This document shows, one piece after another, positions 56,401 through 64,000 of a stretch of 64,000 nt of DNA. A program made the translations under genes and the position numbers. Position 1 is the stretch's first letter; every line of letters begins with the position of its first letter. The DNA is from the human T2T-CHM13v2.0 reference genome, Homo sapiens, in assembly GCF_009914755.1 (NCBI RefSeq), contig NC_060931.1; one strand, given 5' to 3'. The notes under the pieces were generated by a model. It was not told the DNA's origin and did not search any database. It saw only the letters and a list, made by a program, of their open reading frames with translations.

Positions 56401-59394
56401 AGCTAAAAATCTCCTTTTCTGTTCCTTACCATTAATTTTTGGGTTTTATTTTTCCATTGAAATAGACTGCAAACAGCATGGGTGACACAGGTTGTCGTGC
56501 AGCATGTACGGTCAAGCTCACCATTTTCTTACAGGTCCTTTCTGCATTTATGTTACCAGTCCTGAAATTATTAGATTTCAGGACCCTTAATTTTAGTAAA
56601 TGCCAAGGTAGCCATATTTAGTTATCCTTGTTTCTTTTAGATTTTTTCCCCAGTATTAATTGCTTGAGAATGTTTATGATTTATTTTCATATGCATTTTA
56701 GGTATAAAAACATGTTTATGATACCTAATTTTTAAGTTAGTGAACAATGGTGATAGATGTGGGATGTATACCAGTGCCTATAATTTACAGATTGTAAGTA
56801 TTTGCATAAGAAAGTTGTGGAGAGATTGCTCTTTGTCTCCCTTTGCCCCCTTGTTGCCCCAATCTTGTGAGGCTTCAGTGGAAGCTGGAAAGATAACATG
56901 ACGGTCTTCAGACACACAGAGCAGCTAAGGTTCTATATGTGACTAAGGTTCAGCCAAGCAGAGGCACCCATTGGAGTCACAGAGGAAGTAAGCAATGTAG
57001 GGTAGTGGCTGCACATGTGAGGTGTGATCCTGGGTCAGAGGTATTTGATGCCCCTGGGACAGCTATGATGCAAATTCTGCAGCCTGTTCCCTAATGTTAT
57101 GGAAGCCAAGTGGCAGATGGTGCTGCTGGCAGACGATGGTATGGTTGGATATTTCTTCTCGTTGCCTGCTTCTGCCATTTTCCTAGTACTCCCTGAAACT
57201 GTATATGCTGCCTAAAAATGTGTAGTAGATTCTCCATACTCAGACCATCTAGACCATATTTCATTGCCTACAACTGAGAACAGCGACCTTGGCAGTGAGA
57301 ATAATAATCCTAAATGCCAGCAGAATTATTCTCAAAGTAATATATTAATGAGTACCAAAATGATGCTACCACATGCTAGGTCTGCTCCTTTGCTTTATGG
57401 GCCTAGAAACCCATTATTATTAGTTCTCCAGGATGGTCAGGTTTAGAAACAAATGCATATACCTGAAACTGAAGCTGAAAAAAATGAGACTGAAGTGGGC
57501 ACAAACATGAATTAAATGGTCAAGATGTCAGGGAAATTTCTGCCTCAATTCAACTTACATGATCATTAAGCCTAGGTCAAGAAAACTGGGACTGAGTGTG
57601 AAGACGGCAAAAATGAATCTCACGGGCACCAATATATCAATGTATACAAGGATCAAAAATATAACAGGAGCCACAGAGTGAGTGCAGCTTTGCAGTGTGA
57701 ACCTTCTGTCTTTCACAGGATGCTCTCAGCATGGGGACAAAGGTGGCAAAGCAGTCTGTGTGGGGATCAGCCACCAGCCCTAACATCCTGAATTGGGCCC
57801 TGAAAGTCATGTGCCATCCTCACATATGCACGTGTGTTTTGCATCTTCCATTTACCTGGACACACAATCACAACGTTAAATGCCAAATCACAATCAAATG
57901 AGTGGGCGAGGGCATACGGTGTAAGAGATGAAGGAATTTATATGACCTCGTGATAAATTCCTCAGATAACAGCTTGAAGGACTTGTCACTAGGACTAGAA
58001 AGCTTCAAATTGGTTAACCCAGCATCCTCCTACCCTGGGCAGGTCTGGATGAACACAATGGAGTTCAAACTTATAACCTTTTCATCTGCTTGTTAAAGTT
58101 TATTTTGAGACCTGTTTTACTTCTCTTTCAAGGTAATTTACTCCAATCTGGACTGCGCTTTAACCTAAATCCTGAGGTTTGACTGGAAAACCTCCTAGCC
58201 ACCCATTTTCTGGTTAATTCTTAGATTGATACATTTAGGCCAGAAGTAGGAAGGGAAGTTGATTTCTTGATTTACCCATCAAAAGACAATCTGATTTCCA
58301 AGTTCTTGGAGTGAGCCTGATTCAATCCCTCAAGTACTGACAACACTGATCTGCCAAGATTCTCAAGAAATATCTACCTACACATTCTATCTTTAGGCTA
58401 TAAGAATGAAGCTTGTGAAATTTATCTTGCCTCTAATTTTAAACTTAAATTTTAAGATCTACTTTCCCCTGCAAATGCGAATGATTATTCTCAGTCATTT
58501 TGACTGCACTTTGGCTGTGTTTGAATTACTTTCATGTAGCATATTTTAAAAATAAAAGTTCATTTTTTGGAAATCCAGCATTTAGATTAAAATTTGAAGA
58601 AAAAAATTTATGATAAGAAATTTATCTTTTATTCAACCAGTGTAGCCTGTCACTTTTTATAAATTTTATCCCATAAATGATTTGAAGGAACTTGGCAATT
58701 GAGTTTATCCTACTGTATCTTTGCTATAAAAACTAGCAAAAAGCCAGTTTACACTTAGCATCAGTTTTGTAAGTTTTATTAAAAATAGAAAAAATGGTCT
58801 CAAATAAATGTTACTTTGGGAGTTTGAGACATGGCTAATGGATTGTAAATAAGTCTCAGGGATTGTATTAAAATCTCTGTGTAGAAAGGCCAAAGAAGCT
58901 GCATTTTTTCCTTCTATTAGGAAGAATTTTGGCATTATTAATAGACACAGAAATCGTTGAATTATACCAACTGTAAGCACATGCTCCTCTAGACTTTATA
59001 AGTGTTTCCAAAATTCTGTCCTTTAATATGCATTTCTGGAACAAAAGTGAATCTGGATAATTTAAAAAATTAGTTTTATCATTTAGTTATGCCATTATTC
59101 TTTTATTGCTGCAGTGCAACTCATATCATTATCCTTGGTAGTCTTTCTTTTATTTTGCTCTTTCTTCACCTCCTTTTTAAAGCAGCAAGATCAAGTATGA
59201 AAAGAATTTGCCATAATTTACAATAGAAATACAAGAACAATAAGAACCAATATCATTAACAAAATATAAACTCAAATGCCAGAATGGAAAGAGAGTGGAA
59301 CTTTATGTTAAAATTTCTTAGGTATGGAAAGGTATTGTGATAAATCCCCAAATTTAATGTTGCTCTGTCTAAATTCCTTGGCCTTTGGCTTAAC

Positions 59395-59529
59395 CCTCCC
59401 TCCCTCCCTCCTTCCCTCCCTGCCTCCCTCCCTTCCTCCCTCCTCTCCCCTCCCCCTCCCTCCCTCCCTCCTTCCCTCCCTCCTTCTTTCCTTCCTTCCT
59501 TCCTTCCTTCCTTCCTTCCTTCCTTCCTT

Positions 59530-59530
<1 letters not shown>
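59395..59530. repeat. (CCCT)n/(CCTT)n polypyrimidine tract derived from an Alu tail
   Basis: ~135 nt of almost pure C/T abutting the 3' end of an antisense Alu. Confidence 0.9.
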
Positions 59531-59815
<285 letters not shown>

Positions 59816-59819
<4 letters not shown>

Positions 59820-59850
59820 ACACCACCCTGAATGCGCCCGATCTCATCTG
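59816..59850 (+). pseudogene. 5S rRNA 5' fragment (nt ~7-41) retrocopy
   Basis: ggccacaccaccctgaatgcgcccgatctcatctg versus human 5S GGCCATACCACCCTGAACGCGCCCGATCTCGTCTG: 32/35 identical, and two of the three differences are CpG transitions. Confidence 0.9.
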
Positions 59851-60278
59851 GTTTAGCTCTTTCTGAGAAAAGAAATTTGTCTGTTTAATAAGTGGAATGC
59901 AATGCACGATACCTGACAAGCAATCTCAGAGAAAATGTAGAGGCATTTCACATCTTACTGATTTTTTTGTCTCCTGTAACAAAGTTATTGAATAGGTTGT
60001 GCTCCAAAGAAACAAAGTTTTCTCTGGCTTCTGTGTTCAAAAATATTCCTAGAATGACCCTTTCCCAATTCTTGATGGCATTATAGATTCCATAGCTTTC
60101 TAAGAATTTTCTCATGTTTAGACTTTAAAGATTCTAAATCAAACACTAATCTCATATCCAATTAACGGCTTCTTCTCTTCTCCTATCTTAGGCGTGGTGT
60201 AGAGGCTGGAGAACAGCAGGGAAGAAAGTGGGGTAAATTCTTTCACTCCCCTATCACGTCCTCTCCCTTCTTCTGTAT

Positions 60279-60281
60279 TGT

Positions 60282-60323
<42 letters not shown>
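60279..60323. repeat. (TG)n(AG)n compound microsatellite
   Basis: tgtgtg...gagagaga. Confidence 0.95.
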
Positions 60324-60505
60324 AAGTTATCAGGCAACACACTATACTTTTAATAAAAAGCATTATATAGGATAAAGTATTTACAAATTGGACAACACAG
60401 GTGCATTAGCTCCTCGGTATCTTAATTTCATATCTAGCTAAAGGAAGCTGTCAAAAAATGTCCTAGCTTTTGGTCACAATCGTTCTGTTATTCTTTTCAA
60501 AACAT

Positions 60506-60819
<314 letters not shown>

Positions 60820-62789
60820 AGCATCTGCTTTTTAAATCATATCTTTTTCCAAATTAAATTTTTTCTCATTTAAAATTTATCTCTCGGTTCCCTCTCCTCT
60901 TCCATTGACTTCAGATTTGGCATTAATTTAAGTAAATCACTTGACCTTCTTAGGTTTATTTTCCAGCTAGTTTGGATTAGGTGATCTTGATTTGTCTTTT
61001 AGTCCAAAATAAGAAAATGTAAGTAAAATCTTTTTGCGAACAATTAGGTGCCGTTAATATAAAAGTTAGTTATTATTTCTGTTTGTATTTTATTTTTTTC
61101 TGATTTCTGGATCCCCTCAACTGCTTCTAACACTCCTACCTTATGCATAGCCTGGATAAGTTTTCCATTGCACTTTACTCAAAAGAGACAGTGAGAGTAC
61201 TAAAAATATTAAACAGCTTCTGGAATAGCATCTGTGTGTGTGATTGTGGGGAGAGGGGGTGTTCTTTTTTTCCCGTTCTCTATTTATACACATATGAGAA
61301 GAACGGTTTCTATTTATTTCAGCTATCTGAGGTTTTTGAGCATGCAAGACCTCATCTGGATGTGGATGCAAATGACAAATAGCAGTAGAATCCTAATTTC
61401 ACTGGCTCTTGTTCAATCTATTCCAGCAGGATCCCAAACCCTATAAGGCACCTCCCCTCCAGCCTCCTAAGCATTCCTGGGAGTCAACTCAATGCCAATA
61501 TCTACCTTTTTTTTTTTCCTTTTTTCTTCTCAGACCCATGGTTAGGACTCTGCTCCCCAGTCATTACTGCATCCACCAGGTTTTGTCCCACCTTCTACTG
61601 CAGTGAAACCATTGGACCTAGGGAGATGCAAGGCTGACAGGGTGCTTCTGTGGAGTGGGACAGCATGCTTCACTCCCCTCTGTGTGCAACAGTAGGAATG
61701 CTGCTGAGATATGCCAAATGGCACAGAGTCTTTGGTAAAAGTGGTCTTTCAGTTTTTGCTTATGTTTCACACCTTCAGTTTCAAATATGAATTTGACTCA
61801 GAGACAAATCAGAGTGATAAGCCCACAAGCAGATCAGAATTTCCATTCCTTTCCAGGACTAAGCCATTCTTTCACAGTCAAGCTTGAGATACTTGCATCC
61901 TTTGCCCCATAGGATGATTTGCTTTCAGGAGGTGTTTCAATCTTCTAACGGCAGAGCTAGAAGATCAGTTCACCAGACATGCCCAATATATACAAAGGGT
62001 AGAAAACATCACATTATTTACGCTTGGTACCAGAATGGTGTAAGAGATGCAACTGGCTTTAAGAAGAATACCTTAATAAGTATCTGGGGTGGACAGAGGC
62101 TGAGACCCAAAGGCATAGTGGTTGGACATTACCAAGACACATAGCTGCTGGTAGTTGAGGGTGAAGAGGAGATAAATGAGGAGTGAGATGCCTTGGAGAT
62201 AAGGGCATGGGGTCCTGCAAGGGAAGAAGGTATGAGAGAAACGTGTCAGACAGGGAGGCAGAAAGAACGTCTAAAGAATGAGTATGTTTTATACGTGATT
62301 TTTCACTGATTACTGTGTGATTTCTATATTCTTATTCATTTTGGGAGGGCTTTGGACAGAATAAAAAAGTGTAGAAAGTGTAAGCCAACGCCACTCAAAT
62401 GTTATGAGCTAAGAGTGGTTCTTAACTGATATCTGGGTTGTATATGGGAAATAAAACAACTATGTCTCAACATGGAGATGTTCCATCAAGTTAATAATAC
62501 AATACAAGTTATAATACAATAGAGAGGCAAGAATTGAGCCAATGGAAACCATTTATAGTTGTATAGTTGACACAATTAAATTGTCAATATTTGGGGAATT
62601 ATTAAGGATGAATCTGGATTGGGTAAAGTGTCTGCTATTCTGGGGAAGAGTATAATGTTTTGGCTAATGGAAATGAAGAAAGAGTTAAATTTTGACTTGA
62701 GTTTTAAAGAGATAAAGACATGGCATTTGGAAGAGAAGCAAATAAGAACATTTGTGTCATCAGATAAAAGTCCAGAAACAGCCAGGGGA

Positions 62790-62853
62790 TAGAGAAAGAG
62801 AGAGAGATGGAGAGGGGGAGAGAGAGAGTGAGGGAGAGAGAGAGAGAGAGAGA
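62790..62853. repeat. (GA)n purine-rich repeat
   Basis: agagaaagagagagagatggagagggggagagagagagtgagggagagagagagagagagaga. Confidence 0.85.
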
Positions 62854-63306
62854 CTCCTTGACTAAAAAAGTGAATTGAAGGCTTAGTATGGGAATCATTC
62901 AGTGTACAAGCAATATGTTTCTGTGGGATGGTATTCATATTCATGTGTGAAGTAACTGGCAGTCATGGGAAGGTTAAAGTAATGTGTGGACACCATGATT
63001 TTGACTGTCTTGTGTAGAATATACCAGGTGTACAATTCCAGAGTTGGCAAGGACTAAGGAGAGATGGGGCAGTCTTGAGCAAGTTGGAACCAACCTGAGG
63101 ATTGTGAAAGGGAAAGGAAACCAGTGGAAAAGGATAGAGAAAGGGTTGATTATTTACAAATACATGGCTGCGAAGATGGAAGGGAATGAGGGTTGCATTA
63201 TGGTGATTCACAATGAATTGATTGATAAGAGCAATACTCTCTTCTGGTATTAATTATATCAATTGCTCGGGAGTCTTTTATCCTGTGCCTCAGGCAACCT
63301 CTAGGC

Positions 63307-64000
63307 CTAGCACTTTCCCTTTAGAATCCTTTTCAATGTAGGGCTGCTCAGCATCAGTGAAGTGGAATGCATTAAGATGAAAGCATAGACAAAAGCTTCC
63401 CAGACCCATAACCAACATCTCTTATCAAATAGAGTACCTATAATGGTGATGAGTATGGTTAGAAAGTAAGAGGTAAACACAATAAATAAGACGGCAAGGG
63501 ACCTCAGGGCAGTGAAGTGCGCTTTCATGCTTGGATTGCAGTGACCAGTGCTATGATGTTGTATCTGCTTGGTCAGTGATGCCATGAGAAAGATGGTGGA
63601 GGCCAGGAACAGGATGAAAGGAATAACCAATGCAACTGTATGAGCCTGGAACTGATACTGATGAAAATTTTCAAGTTTGTCAGTTACAGTGCTGTTTCTT
63701 GGTAGATGCTCCATGGTGAGTAACTGAATTTGAATGTAATTCCCAATAGCTGAAGGGATGATTGTTACACAAGTAATCATCAGAGAACCCAGTAATATCC
63801 AGGGAAACAACCTCAAAATTCTCCACCTCAGCCAGAGAAAGATGTGATGGGTGAAAGAAGAGACCTTGATGCAGTAGAACACGGTAAGCAAGCTGTTTAA
63901 CCAGAATGTAAGGATATTAAAAAATTCCCAGGTGATTGTTAAGTTGCAAAGTACATAATTCAAATTAAAATAGGAGCAAAAATTGTTCAGCATTGATGCC
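63307..64000 (-). CDS. TAS2R16: Taste receptor type 2 member 16 (bitter beta-glucopyranoside/salicin receptor); 5' part runs off the window
   Basis: Translation matches recalled human TAS2R16 from residue 64 to the C-terminus (..[28 protein letters not shown].., ECL2 glycosylation site NST, ..[22 protein letters not shown]). The frame stays open to the edge (..GCA TCA ATG = A-S-M). Intronless, with hydrophobic TM segments. Confidence 0.98.
   Translation of the reverse strand, partial: ASMLNNFCSYFNLNYVLCNLTITWEFFNILTFWLNSLLTVFYCIKVSSFTHHIFLWLRWRILRLFPWILLGSLMITCVTIIPSAIGNYIQIQLLTMEHLPRNSTVTDKLENFHQYQFQAHTVALVIPFILFLASTIFLMASLTKQIQHHSTGHCNPSMKAHFTALRSLAVLFIVFTSYFLTILITIIGTLFDKRCWLWVWEAFVYAFILMHSTSLMLSSPTLKRILKGKC

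Overview
Primate (almost certainly human) genomic DNA. It is AT-rich, CpG-depleted and dominated by interspersed repeats: 16 Alu copies, L1s from L1PA3 to L1ME age, ERVL/MaLR/ERV1 LTR fossils, Tigger and hAT MITEs, and MIR/L2. The only genuine protein-coding feature is the 3' ~80% of the intronless bitter taste receptor gene TAS2R16 on the minus strand at the right edge (codons ~62-291; this haplotype encodes N172 and H222). That places the window just downstream of TAS2R16 (human 7q31, from recall). The other ORFs are repeat-derived or chance. I find no evidence for a new multi-gene system. The notable signals are mechanistic scars: a 5S rRNA 5' fragment fused head-to-head with an Alu, possibly within one target-site duplication (TSD); a perfect 90-bp spacerless palindrome and two smaller fold-back scars; three L1s with twin-priming 5' inversions; a tailless Alu; a young AluY with a 12-bp deletion; and a tandem duplication that preserves the empty site of an L1PA3 insertion. 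Repeat subfamily names come from recalled consensus sequences, and boundaries of old elements are approximate.
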